Source of the DNA: Spirochaetia bacterium
GTDB lineage: Bacteria; Spirochaetota; Spirochaetia; SZUA-6; Bin103
Assembly (NCBI GenBank): GCA_965203515.1
Contig: OZ241907.1
Location: forward strand, 3,904,001 to 3,968,000
DNA length: 64,000 nucleotides
Direction of reading: 5' to 3'
Shown piece after piece: positions 39,812-49,051 of this stretch (positions within the stretch are counted from its first letter, which is position 1; each line of letters begins with the position of its first letter). The notes under the pieces are model-generated. The model was given only the letters and a program-made list of their open reading frames with translations. It searched no databases and was not told the origin of the DNA. The position numbers and the translations under genes are program-made.

Positions 39812-41064
39812 TCGTAGCGGATCGCCTCGGCCGCCGGCGCGCGCGCCGCCGCGGCGGCCGGCAGCAGACTGCAGGCGGCCACGATCGTCAACGACAGCCC
39901 CAAGCCGGCCAGGAGCGGGCCGGCAGCCGACACTTCGACGCCGATGCGGTACGAGACGTCGCTGGCCAGCAGCGCTGCCACTCCCAATCCGGCCGCGCCG
40001 CCGATCGCGGCGATCACCGCCGCCTCCACGGCGAAGACGGCGAACACGCCGCCGGCGGTCGCCCCCATCGCCTTGAGGATGCCGGCCGACCGCCGCTTGC
40101 GGAGCGCGCGGCCGGCAAAGATGTTCGCCAGGTACAGGGTGCTGACCGCCAGCAGCGATGCCGACAGGAACAGGACGGCGCGCACCACGCCGCGGAAGCG
40201 GCCGGCGATCAGCCGCGCCTCCGCCCCCGGATCGTTGACGTGCAGCAACCCGTCGCCGTAGGCCGCGTCGAAGTATCGGGTGAGCTGCTCGCGCGCCGCG
40301 TCCAGTGACCGGCGGTCCGCCACCGTGAAGCGCAGGCTGCTCCCGATAAAGCGAATCGACAGGCGGTGGTCAGTCACGCCGGGCGGGGTGAATGCCATGG
40401 CATCCGCGGAGGTGCCGCTCCGCGCCAGCACGCCGACGATGCGGTACGGCCGGTCGCCCGACCAGATCGTGCGGCCGACGGCTTCGCCGTCCTCGAACAA
40501 GGTGGCGCCCCGCCAAAAGCCCAGCACCATCACCGGCTCCCCGCCCTCCGCGTCGGCGTCCGTGAACAGGCTGCCGGCAGCCGGCGCCAAGCCCCGCGCG
40601 GCAAAGAACTCGGTGGTGACCTCCATGCCGTTCAGAGACGGGCGTTGCGGGCGAGGCCCGGCCGGCGGCCTGTCCAGCGGCCACCCCTTGTTTTCGGTGA
40701 GGTAAGCGTATTGGACGGCGGGGCTCACCGAACGCGCCCGGCGCAGGTCTTCGGCGGTAAGGACCACGTTGTTCGGCAGCGTGGGCCGCGCCGGCAACTT
40801 CATGTCCCTGGACTTGTTCCAGCGCTCGATCCCGTTGGAGACGACGATCTCGCGGTACTGAAGCGACGCCAGCAGCCGCTCGGAGATCGTCGCTCCCGCG
40901 CCCGCCAGCGTGACGCCGGCCGCGGTCGCGGCCACCGCCAGGGCGACGTTGACGATGAGCAACAGCGACTCGGCCGGCCGCCGCGTCAGCGATCGAACGC
41001 TCAGGCGCAGCCCTTCACGATGGATCACGAATCGATCCTCGGAGGGACGCGCGCCGGCTCCCAC
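39808..41064 (-). CDS. ABC transporter permease, FtsX/MacB-like
   Basis: N-terminal TM, YRIVGVL, GILKAMGA, LLPA..AARA..AEAIR; start uncertain. Confidence 0.85.
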   Translation of the reverse strand: MGAGARPSEDRFVIHREGLRLSVRSLTRRPAESLLLIVNVALAVAATAAGVTLAGAGATISERLLASLQYREIVVSNGIERWNKSRDMKLPARPTLPNNVVLTAEDLRRARSVSPAVQYAYLTENKGWPLDRPPAGPRPQRPSLNGMEVTTEFFAARGLAPAAGSLFTDADAEGGEPVMVLGFWRGATLFEDGEAVGRTIWSGDRPYRIVGVLARSGTSADAMAFTPPGVTDHRLSIRFIGSSLRFTVADRRSLDAAREQLTRYFDAAYGDGLLHVNDPGAEARLIAGRFRGVVRAVLFLSASLLAVSTLYLANIFAGRALRKRRSAGILKAMGATAGGVFAVFAVEAAVIAAIGGAAGLGVAALLASDVSYRIGVEVSAAGPLLAGLGLSLTIVAACSLLPAAAAARAPAAEAIRYE

Positions 41065-41138
41065 GCGGGCCGCTCAGCGTGGATGCCGCTCATGTCCCCA
41101 TCGTGGGCCCGATCACGATGCGGGGTCAACGTTCCGGC

Positions 41139-41178
41139 TCTCAGCAATTTGGAAGCGCGAAATCAGGAAATGGCTGAT
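41139..41178 (+). promoter_or_regulatory. 40-bp site, copy 2 (putative NarL/LuxR-type operator)
   Basis: tctcagcaatttggaagcgcgaaatcaggaaatggctgat; two TCAG(C/G)AA half-sites 22 bp apart. Confidence 0.6.
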
Positions 41179-41236
41179 ATGCAGGGCAGCTGCCGTCACG
41201 GTACCGGTATGTCAGGCGGTACCAGGGAGGAGAGCA

Positions 41237-41716
41237 ATGAAGATGATGATGCTGTTCGGCATGGCGGTTGCGCTGCAGATCGGCGGCGCGAGCGTGTACT
41301 GGATCGAGGAGCAGCATACCTATTATCCGCCGTGCCCGGTCGTCGATTCGGAACGGAAGGCGGTCTATGAGCAACGCACGTCGGAGCTCTTGGCGGACAT
41401 CGATCGACTGCCGGTATACCGGGACATGGAGCCCGGCAGGTCCTGGTGCGCTGAGGAGTGCGCATCGCGAGACGAAATATCCGTCATGTATGGCGAGGCT
41501 GTCAGCGATCCGAGCGAAGACTGCGCGGCGGTCCGCGGCACGCGCGAATGGCCGGCCGTGTCCTGGGTGGAGTACCATGTCCGGACGCTCACCGGGCAGC
41601 GTCCGTGGCCCTTCTGCGCTTGCGACTACGGGTGGACGGTGGTCGAGCGGGCATGCGCGACCCGGCTCACGACCGCATCGGAGACGGCCGGCGTGAGCGC
41701 CGCGGAGGCGTTCTGA
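41237..41716 (+). CDS. Hypothetical secreted Cys-rich protein
   Basis: GGAGGAG RBS; MKMMMLFGMAVALQIGG signal-like start; several cysteines. Confidence 0.65.
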   Translation: MKMMMLFGMAVALQIGGASVYWIEEQHTYYPPCPVVDSERKAVYEQRTSELLADIDRLPVYRDMEPGRSWCAEECASRDEISVMYGEAVSDPSEDCAAVRGTREWPAVSWVEYHVRTLTGQRPWPFCACDYGWTVVERACATRLTTASETAGVSAAEAF

Positions 41717-41735
41717 GGTGCCGCTGCCAACGCGC

Positions 41736-42476
41736 TCACCCCGGCCGGCCCGCTTGAGCGGCGGGCAGCCGCATGGTGAACCGGCTGCCCGCGCCGATGG
41801 TGGAGCGGACCAGGAGTTGCCCGCCCAGGTCGCGCAGGCGTTCGCGGATGCTGAACAGCCCGAAGCCGGCTGCCTCCGCGTGCGAAAGCGCCTGCGCCGC
41901 GTCGAAGCCCTGACCGTCGTCCAGCACCTCGATCTCGTAGGCGCCGGCGCGCATCCGCGCCGTGACCGCCGCCGACCGCGCGCCGGCGTGCTTGACCACG
42001 TTGCGCAACAGCTCGCGCACCGACCGGTAGCACAGGATGCGCTCCGCCTCCGTCATGCCGGCCGGCTCCGGCGGGCCGGAGAAGCTCATCTGCACGCCGG
42101 AGTCCGCGTTCCGCTGCTCGACCAGCCACTCCAGCGCGGCGTGCAGGCCGAGCTCGTGCAGCACCGGCGGCGCCAGCGCAAAGGTGAGCGTGCGCGCCGC
42201 GCCGATGCAGCGGTCCAGGATGCGCGTCAACTCCGTCACGCGCGGGTCGGCGGGATGCGCGGCGCCCAGCTCGGCCGCCTTGATCCGCGCCAGGCTCAGC
42301 TCGTCGCCCAGGCCGTCGTGGACGTCGTTGGCGATCCTGCGGCGCTCCCGCTCCTCGGCCAGCACCAGTTCCGAGGCGAGGCGCCGCAGCCGGTCGAGGT
42401 ACTCGGCCGTCCGCCGCTGATCGCTGCGCTGCGCGCCGGTCGTCGAACGTTGCCGGGCCGGATGCATGCCGGCCAT
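41736..42476 (-). CDS. HisKA_3-type histidine kinase lacking a sensor domain
   Basis: EERERRRIANDVHD, ELLRNVVKHA, DDGQGFD, GFGL; no TM segment. Confidence 0.88.
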   Translation of the reverse strand: MAGMHPARQRSTTGAQRSDQRRTAEYLDRLRRLASELVLAEERERRRIANDVHDGLGDELSLARIKAAELGAAHPADPRVTELTRILDRCIGAARTLTFALAPPVLHELGLHAALEWLVEQRNADSGVQMSFSGPPEPAGMTEAERILCYRSVRELLRNVVKHAGARSAAVTARMRAGAYEIEVLDDGQGFDAAQALSHAEAAGFGLFSIRERLRDLGGQLLVRSTIGAGSRFTMRLPAAQAGRPG

Positions 42477-42596
42477 CGTGCGGCGGCCAGGCCGTCCTCG
42501 GCAATCGCGCAGGGCGATCTCGGCCTCCGGCCGATGCCGCGGCGCCTTGCAATCGCTACAATGACTTCAGGATCGATGCAGGAGGGAGGAAACGCC

Positions 42597-42902
42597 ATGA
42601 ATCTCGACATCCGGGGCGTGCACATGCCGGTGGCCGACGATACCCGACAGTACCTGGAGAAGAAGCTGATGCACCGGCTCCGTCACCTGAGCGACCGGAT
42701 CGTCGACCTGCGCGTCACGCTCACCGCCGACCACGGCTCGGTCCTGTTCGGGGCCAACCTGCACCTGCGCTGGGGGAGCGACCTGCACGTGGAGACCAAG
42801 GCGTACGACGAGCACGAAGGGGTCGATCTGCTCATCGACAAGCTGGAGTCCGCGGCCACCAGGGACAAGGTGCGGATTCAGGAAAAACGGCCCAAGAGGT
42901 AG
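42597..42902 (+). CDS. hpf: Ribosome hibernation promoting factor / RaiA (short form)
   Basis: MNLDIRGVHMPVADDTRQYLEKK...VDLLIDKLE; GGAGG RBS. Confidence 0.85.
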   Translation: MNLDIRGVHMPVADDTRQYLEKKLMHRLRHLSDRIVDLRVTLTADHGSVLFGANLHLRWGSDLHVETKAYDEHEGVDLLIDKLESAATRDKVRIQEKRPKR

Positions 42903-42907
42903 ATGCG

Positions 42908-43651
42908 ATGGGTGTCATCACGATTTCCCGGCAATACGGGTCCGGCGCCGCCGACATCGTCGAGCACGTGGCCGAGGAGCTCCGCTACGACGTGGTCGAC
43001 AAGCAGCTCATCAGCGAGGTGGCGCGCGCCACCGGCGTGCCCGAGGACCGCGTGAGCGAGGTCGACGAGCAGGACGAGACCGGTCTGCGCGGCATCCTGG
43101 AACGCTGGTTCGAGGCGGCGGCCGCCACCGGCGCCTATCGAGCGTCGGGGTTCGGGGACGCGGCGATCCCGCCGGGCGCGCTCATCGACGAGCTGGGCGA
43201 GACCACGCACGTGCTCGACCGCGAGGTCTACCACGAGGTCGTCCGCCAGACGATCACGAAGCTGGCCGAGCGGGGCGACGTCGTCATCGTCGGGCGCGGC
43301 GGCATGATGGTCCTGCGAGACGTGCCGGGCGTTCTGCGCGTGCGGATCACCGCCTCCGAACAGTCGCGCGCGGAACGGGTCGGGGCGCTGGAGGGACTGC
43401 CCGCCCGCGAGGCGCTGCAGTTGGTGCTCGACAGCGATCGGCGGCGGGCGGCGTTCATCGCCCGCAACTACCACGCGGACTGGAACGACGCCTCCCTGTA
43501 TCACCTGGTGATCAACACGGAGATCGTGCCGGCCACGACCGCGGCCAAGGTGGTAGCGGCTGCCGCCCGGGATCTGGCCAAGCCGCAGGCGGGCGCGGCG
43601 CGCATCCGCAAGCGCTGGTTCCGGCGCAGGTCGGCCCGCGCCGGGGGCTGA
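42908..43651 (+). CDS. Cytidylate kinase-like family protein
   Basis: VITISRQYGSG, VIVGRGG, SDRRRAAFI, YHLVINT. Confidence 0.85.
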   Translation: MGVITISRQYGSGAADIVEHVAEELRYDVVDKQLISEVARATGVPEDRVSEVDEQDETGLRGILERWFEAAAATGAYRASGFGDAAIPPGALIDELGETTHVLDREVYHEVVRQTITKLAERGDVVIVGRGGMMVLRDVPGVLRVRITASEQSRAERVGALEGLPAREALQLVLDSDRRRAAFIARNYHADWNDASLYHLVINTEIVPATTAAKVVAAAARDLAKPQAGAARIRKRWFRRRSARAGG

Positions 43652-43702
43652 AACGGCGTCCGGCGGCCGTCAGGCGACCATGCGGTCAGGCGACCATAGC
43701 GG

Positions 43703-44710
43703 TCAGGCGACCAGGTTGCGCGGCGCGCCGGACAGGAAGGCGCGGATGTTCTCCGCAGTGCGGGTGATCAGGTTCTGGCGCGCTTCCCGCGTCGACCACG
43801 CCGAGTGCGGCGTGATCAGCGCGTTGCGCGCGGTGAGCAGCGGGTTGCCGCCCCGCGGCGGCTCGCCGGTGAGCACGTCGAAGCCGGCGCCGGCCAGCCG
43901 TCCCCGGTTCAACGCCTCCGCCAGCGCCTGCTCGTCGACGATGCCGCCGCGCGCGGTGTTGATCAGCAGCGCCGAGCGCTTCATCAGCGTGATCGCGTCG
44001 GCATCGATCAGGTTGCGGGTCGCATCGTTCAGGGGCGTGTGCACGGTGACGACGTCCGAAGCGCGCAGCAACTCGTCGATCGGCGTGTTGGGCAGGGCGC
44101 CGTCGGGAATGCCCAGCGCGTCGTGGGCGATCACCCGCATGCCGAACCCGCAGGCGATGCGCGCCACCCCGCGCCCGATCGCGCCGAAGCCGATGATGCC
44201 GATCGTCTTGCCGTGCAGCTCGAAGGTCGGATAGCGCAGCAGCGTGAAGCCGTCCGCCGCCGCCCAGTCGCCGGCCCGGACGTCGGCGGCGTACCGGTGC
44301 GCCTGCGTCGCCAGGTTGAGGATCAGCGCGAAGGCGTGCTGCGGAACGGTGTGCTCGGCGTAACCGGGCACGTTGCAGACGGCGACGCCGCGCGCGGCGG
44401 CCGCCCGCACGTCGACGTTGTCGTAGCCGGTGGCCGCCGCCGCCACCAGCCGCAGGCCGCGGCCGGCCTCGATCGCGGCGGCGGTCACCTTGGCCTTGTT
44501 GGTGATCAGGACGTGGGCGCCGCGGCCCCGCTCCACCGCCTCTTCCGGAGTCGAGTCGGCATAGCGCGCATAGTCGCCCTGAGCGGCGATGCCGCTGAAG
44601 TCGACGTCGCCGTCGAGCGAGTACATCGCGTCGTCCAGGAAGACGATGCGGACCGGATGAGCGCCGACCGGATGAGCGGCGACCGGGTGAGCGGCGACCG
44701 GATCAGCCAC
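43703..44710 (-). CDS. D-2-hydroxyacid dehydrogenase (glycerate dehydrogenase-like)
   Basis: ITNK, ATGYDNVD, GIIGFGAIG, LINTARG, DVL..EPP, ITPH. Confidence 0.9.
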   Translation of the reverse strand: MADPVAAHPVAAHPVGAHPVRIVFLDDAMYSLDGDVDFSGIAAQGDYARYADSTPEEAVERGRGAHVLITNKAKVTAAAIEAGRGLRLVAAAATGYDNVDVRAAAARGVAVCNVPGYAEHTVPQHAFALILNLATQAHRYAADVRAGDWAAADGFTLLRYPTFELHGKTIGIIGFGAIGRGVARIACGFGMRVIAHDALGIPDGALPNTPIDELLRASDVVTVHTPLNDATRNLIDADAITLMKRSALLINTARGGIVDEQALAEALNRGRLAGAGFDVLTGEPPRGGNPLLTARNALITPHSAWSTREARQNLITRTAENIRAFLSGAPRNLVA

Positions 44711-45695
44711 CGGCGGCCGCCGCCCGGCCGCGGCCGAGCGCCTCCGGGTTGACCACCACGCGGGGCGGCCGTTCGCCGTTCAGGACCGCCGCCATCCCCT
44801 GCGCCATCATCTCCGCCATGCGGTCCATGGCGCCGCGGGTCATCGCCATGGCGTGCGGCGCGGTCAGCACGGCCGGATGCCGGAAGATCGGGTGATCGAA
44901 GTCGGGCGGCTCCGGGTCGAAGACGTCGAGCGCCGCGCCGGCCAGCGGGCCGTCCTCAATCCCGGCCAGCACGGCGTCCAGGCTCTCCACCACGCCGCCG
45001 CGCGCCAGGTTGATCAGGAACGAGCCCGGTTTCATGGCCGTGATCCGGCCGCGGTCGATCATGCCGCGCGTCTGATCGGTGAGCGCCGTGTGCAGGCACA
45101 CGGTGTCGGAGCGCCCGAGCAGCGCGTCGAGCTCCACCAGCTCGACGCCCAGCCCCCGGGCCGCCGCCGCGTCGGCGTACGGGTCGTGCGCCAGCAGCGT
45201 GACCCCGAACGGACCGAGCAGCCGGGCGAGCGCCTGGCCGATGTTGCCGAAGCCGACGATGCCGACGGTGAGCCCGGCGATGTCGCGAGCCGCAAACCGC
45301 TCCCGCGACGCCCAGTTGCGCTCCTTCATCTGCCGGTCCCAGTAGGCGATCCGCTTGTTGAGCGCCAGCAGATAGGCGACCGACGCCTCGGCCACCGTGG
45401 CCGCGTTGGCGCCGGGCGTGGTGATCACCGCCACCCCGCACTCGGTGGCGGCGTCCACGTCGACCGAGTCGTAGCCGACCCCGGTGCGGCCGATGACGCG
45501 CAGCCCGCGCGCGTCCCGTATCAGGCCGCCCGGCGCGCCGCACGACCCGCGCAGGATGATGCCGATCACCTCGTCGTCGATCGACGCCTCCAGCGCCGCC
45601 TGCGAGTTGTCGGCGGTGAGTTCGATCGGTCCGTGCGGCGCCAGGGTCCGGTGGGTCACCTCCGGAACCGCCGCGGTGGCGATGAACCGCGCCAT
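44703..45695 (-). CDS. D-isomer hydroxyacid dehydrogenase (SerA-like)
   Basis: GVGYDSVD, GIVGFGNIG, LINLARG, DVFDPEPP, PH. Confidence 0.9.
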   Translation of the reverse strand: MARFIATAAVPEVTHRTLAPHGPIELTADNSQAALEASIDDEVIGIILRGSCGAPGGLIRDARGLRVIGRTGVGYDSVDVDAATECGVAVITTPGANAATVAEASVAYLLALNKRIAYWDRQMKERNWASRERFAARDIAGLTVGIVGFGNIGQALARLLGPFGVTLLAHDPYADAAAARGLGVELVELDALLGRSDTVCLHTALTDQTRGMIDRGRITAMKPGSFLINLARGGVVESLDAVLAGIEDGPLAGAALDVFDPEPPDFDHPIFRHPAVLTAPHAMAMTRGAMDRMAEMMAQGMAAVLNGERPPRVVVNPEALGRGRAAAAGG

Positions 45696-45697
45696 CG

Positions 45698-46474
45698 CTA
45701 CCGGCCTCCGCGGTTCCGGTACGGAGCCAGAGCGGCCAGCGCCGCCTGCGCGCCGCTCGCCACGTAGGCCCCGTCGGAACCGATCGCGATGACGGTGTAG
45801 CCGCGCTCGACGGCGGCGGGGACCTGGTCGGGCGTCTGCAGCAGGATGCCGGCCGCCTTGCCCGCCGCCCGGGCGCCGCCGGCGACCCGTTCCAGCGCGT
45901 CGATGAAGTCGGGATGGTCGAACTGCTGCGGCAGCCCCATGCTGAAGCTCAGGTCGTTGGGGCCCACGAACAGCACGTCGGCGCCGTCGACCGCCGCGAT
46001 CTCGCGCGCGGCGTCGACGCCGTCGGCGGTCTCGATCTGCAGGACCGTGAGCAACCCGGCGTCGGAACCGGCGCGGTACTCCGCGAACTGCGCCCCGAAC
46101 CGCGCGGCGCGCACCGAAGAGGCCACGCCGCGCACGCCCGCCGGCGGATAGCGCATCGCCGCGACCGCCGCTGCCGCCTCTTCCGGCGTGCGGACGTAGG
46201 GCACCATGATCCCGTCCGCGCCGGCGTCCAGGGCGCGCTTGAAGCGCGGCGGCTCGTTCCAGGCAACGCGCACCAGCGCCGCGGCCGGCGTGCCGGCGGC
46301 GACCTGGAGCTGACGGTACAGCGTCTCCAGGTCACCGGCGCCGTGCTCGAGGTCGAGCAGCAGGAAGTCGAACCCGGCGTGACCGGCGATCTCCACGGAG
46401 ACCGTCGACCCCATGTTGCAGAAGCAGCCGGTGAGCACCTCGCCGGCCATCACCCGGTCCTGAATGAATCGCAT
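45698..46474 (-). CDS. HpcH/HpaI aldolase family protein
   Basis: GFDFLLLDLEH, RYPPAGVRG, LQIET, LFVGPNDL. Confidence 0.9.
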   Translation of the reverse strand: MRFIQDRVMAGEVLTGCFCNMGSTVSVEIAGHAGFDFLLLDLEHGAGDLETLYRQLQVAAGTPAAALVRVAWNEPPRFKRALDAGADGIMVPYVRTPEEAAAAVAAMRYPPAGVRGVASSVRAARFGAQFAEYRAGSDAGLLTVLQIETADGVDAAREIAAVDGADVLFVGPNDLSFSMGLPQQFDHPDFIDALERVAGGARAAGKAAGILLQTPDQVPAAVERGYTVIAIGSDGAYVASGAQAALAALAPYRNRGGR

Positions 46475-46493
46475 GACCGCGATCTTACCGGAA

Positions 46494-47453
46494 TCATCGA
46501 GGGCGATCAGGAGCCGCCCGCGCCGGCCGGTTGACCACGGCGATGCCCACGGCGACCAGCAGGCCGCCGGCGATCAGCGGCAGACCCAGCGGCTCGCCGA
46601 CCAGCAGGCGGCTGCCGGCAAGGCCGGCCAGCGGCTGCAGAAAGAACAGCACCGACAGCCGGCTCGGGCTGTAGCGCTGCAGCATGGAGAACCAGGACAG
46701 GAAGCAGAAGCCGGCCACCACCAACCCCACGTAGGCCAGCGCCGCCGCCGAGCGCGCGCTCAGCGGCGCGGCGAACGGCTCTTCGAAGATCAGCGCCAGC
46801 GCCGCGTACGGCGGCAGGCTCAGCGTCAACATCCAGAACAGCAGCCGCAACGCGTCGGTCCGCCCGAACAGCCGCTTGGAGATCACCGTGCGCAGCGCCA
46901 GCCCGATCGAGCTGCAAAGCAGCACCAGGTCGCCGAGCGCGGTGGCGCCGGTGGTGACGTCGCGCCCGATGAAGGTCACCGCCACCCCGCCGAAGGCGAC
47001 CAGGATGCCGGCGATCACCGGGGTCGTGAGGCGGTCGCCCGGCACCAGCAGGTGGGCGAACAGCGCGGTGAAGAACGGAAACGCGCTCATGACGATCGTG
47101 GAGTGGGCGGCCGAGGTGTGATCGGTGCCGACGGTGAGCGCGATCGTCTGCGCGGTGAAGAGCGCCGACAGCGCCGCGATCCGGCCGAACTGCGACCGCG
47201 GCACCGACAGCGGGTGACCGCGCAACGCCGCCCAGCCGCCGACCAGCGCCCAGCCGAGCGCGAAGCGCGCGGTCGACAGGGTGATCGGCGGCAGCGACTC
47301 CAGGCCGATCTTCAGGCCGACCGAGTTGCCGCCCCACAGCAGCGCCAGCGCGGCCACGAAGGCCAGCGCGCCGGCCGGCGGATGCTCGACCTGCGATGGC
47401 GGCGCGGCCGGCGGCGGCCTATGATGCGGCGCGGAGGCAGCACGGTGGCTCAC
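46494..47453 (-). CDS. DMT/EamA-family transporter
   Basis: LLWGGN..GL..LPP....ARF and about 10 hydrophobic segments in the C-terminal part of ORF 46494..48974; start uncertain. Confidence 0.82.
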   Translation of the reverse strand: MSHRAASAPHHRPPPAAPPSQVEHPPAGALAFVAALALLWGGNSVGLKIGLESLPPITLSTARFALGWALVGGWAALRGHPLSVPRSQFGRIAALSALFTAQTIALTVGTDHTSAAHSTIVMSAFPFFTALFAHLLVPGDRLTTPVIAGILVAFGGVAVTFIGRDVTTGATALGDLVLLCSSIGLALRTVISKRLFGRTDALRLLFWMLTLSLPPYAALALIFEEPFAAPLSARSAAALAYVGLVVAGFCFLSWFSMLQRYSPSRLSVLFFLQPLAGLAGSRLLVGEPLGLPLIAGGLLVAVGIAVVNRPARAAPDRPR

Positions 47454-48632
47454 GAGCGCAGCACGGACCCGATCATCGCGACGCTTCAGGAGGTGGTGGC
47501 GATCCCGAGCGTCAACCCGGACCTGCCCGGCGGCGCGGCCGGAGAGCGCGGCATGGCCGACTACCTGACCCGGTTCTTCGCCGATGCCGGGATCGCGTGC
47601 GAGCAGTGGGACGCGCTGCCGGGCCGCCCCAACGTCGTCGCCACGCTGCCGGGCCGTGATCCCGGCCGGGCCGTCCTGTTCGAGTGCCACATGGATACCG
47701 CCACGGCAGAGGGCATGACGATAGAGCCGTTCCGACCGGTCGTAAAGGACGGCAAGGTGTTCGGCCGCGGGTCGAGCGACACCAAGGCCGGCGGGGTGGC
47801 GATGCTGCACGCAATGCTGCGCATCGCCCGCTCCGGCCAGCCGCCGCCGATCAGCGTGATGTACGCGGGCGTGGTCGACGAGGAGTTCCGCATGCGGGGG
47901 GCTGCCGCGCTGGCCGACGCGCTGCCGGCGTGCGGTACGCGGATCGCGGCGGCGGTGGTCGCCGAGCCGACCGGGCTGCGCGTCATCCGCGCGCACAAGG
48001 GCATCGTCCGGGCGGTGGTGGAGGTGCGCGGCACGGCCGCGCACAGCTCCAAGCCGCACCTGGGCGCCAACGCGATCGGCGCCGCCGCCCGGTCGATCGC
48101 CGCGTTCGACGACGAGGTCGCCGGCGCCTTCGCCGCGCGGGACGATGGCGTAACCGGCGCGCCGACCCACAACGTCGGCACCATTCGGGGAGGGCTGCAG
48201 GTCAACTTCGTGCCGGCTCACTGCCGGTTCGAGATCGACCGCCGGGTGCTGCCGAGCGAGGACTTCGGCGCCGTGCTGGAGCCGTACCGGCGCATCGCCG
48301 CGCGGATCGCCGGCGAGCAGGCCGGGATCGCCATCGACGTCCGGCAAGACCTGTCGATCGAACCGATGGAGACGCCGGCCGGCGCCCCGATCGTCTCCTG
48401 CGCCGCGGCGGCGGTGCGGGCGGTGACCGGCGGCGCGTCCGTCGACGGCGAACCGTACGGCACCGACGCCGCCAAGCTCAGCGCCGTCGGCATCCCCGCC
48501 ATCGTGCTCGGCCCCGGCAGCATCGATCAGGCGCACGCCGCCGTCGAATGGGTCGACTGCGCCCAGGTGCTGCAAGCGGTCGAGGTCTACCACCGCATCA
48601 TGCTCGACGCCGCCGCCTACGCCGACGTATGA
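47445..48632 (+). CDS. M20 family ArgE/DapE-like deacylase
   Basis: IPSVNP, GRPNV, HMDT, GRGSSDTK, DEE, EPT, GTDA, GPGSI.QAH; GGAGG before GTG. Confidence 0.9.
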   Translation: MAHERSTDPIIATLQEVVAIPSVNPDLPGGAAGERGMADYLTRFFADAGIACEQWDALPGRPNVVATLPGRDPGRAVLFECHMDTATAEGMTIEPFRPVVKDGKVFGRGSSDTKAGGVAMLHAMLRIARSGQPPPISVMYAGVVDEEFRMRGAAALADALPACGTRIAAAVVAEPTGLRVIRAHKGIVRAVVEVRGTAAHSSKPHLGANAIGAAARSIAAFDDEVAGAFAARDDGVTGAPTHNVGTIRGGLQVNFVPAHCRFEIDRRVLPSEDFGAVLEPYRRIAARIAGEQAGIAIDVRQDLSIEPMETPAGAPIVSCAAAAVRAVTGGASVDGEPYGTDAAKLSAVGIPAIVLGPGSIDQAHAAVEWVDCAQVLQAVEVYHRIMLDAAAYADV

Positions 48633-48652
48633 ATCGCCGGTACCCTGCTGCG

Positions 48653-49051
48653 ATGCCCGCCCGTCCGATACCGCACCAACGGCCCAATCCCAAGGGACGT
48701 AAGGTCTTGCCGCCACCGTCTGACGTATCCCTTGAGGAGGTCGCTCGCCGGTGCCGGTATGTCGGCAGCCCGTACCACAGAACCATGCCCGGCCGCGGCG
48801 GCCGACCGGTGTACCATCCCGGTAAATTGAAGTGTCCGGAAGAACTCCAACAGGCTCCCGATCGCGTCCAGAGCTGGCTTGAAGAAGCCGTCCGCCAAGG
48901 ATGCTGTGGCCACTTCGAGCGTGGGTTCCCGCGTCGCGTCTGGCGCCGCGTCGGAGACACGGTATTCGAGGCACGACAGGAAACGCCCGGCTCCGGGCGA
49001 TACCACGGATATCCGCTGCAGCCCGATCAGACGGTCGAGGGTATGGAGTGA
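48653..49051 (+). CDS. Small basic hypothetical protein with YVGSPYH and C-terminal YHGYP motifs (toxin-like)
   Basis: C-terminal part of ORF 47684..49051; ATG 48629 or 48653; TGATG coupling to the next gene. Confidence 0.7.
   Translation: MPARPIPHQRPNPKGRKVLPPPSDVSLEEVARRCRYVGSPYHRTMPGRGGRPVYHPGKLKCPEELQQAPDRVQSWLEEAVRQGCCGHFERGFPRRVWRRVGDTVFEARQETPGSGRYHGYPLQPDQTVEGME

Noticed and set aside
37811..41178. Insertion sequence or transposon defined by the 40-bp inverted repeats
   Set aside because: No transposase or recombinase inside or nearby and no evident target-site duplication; an operator role fits better.
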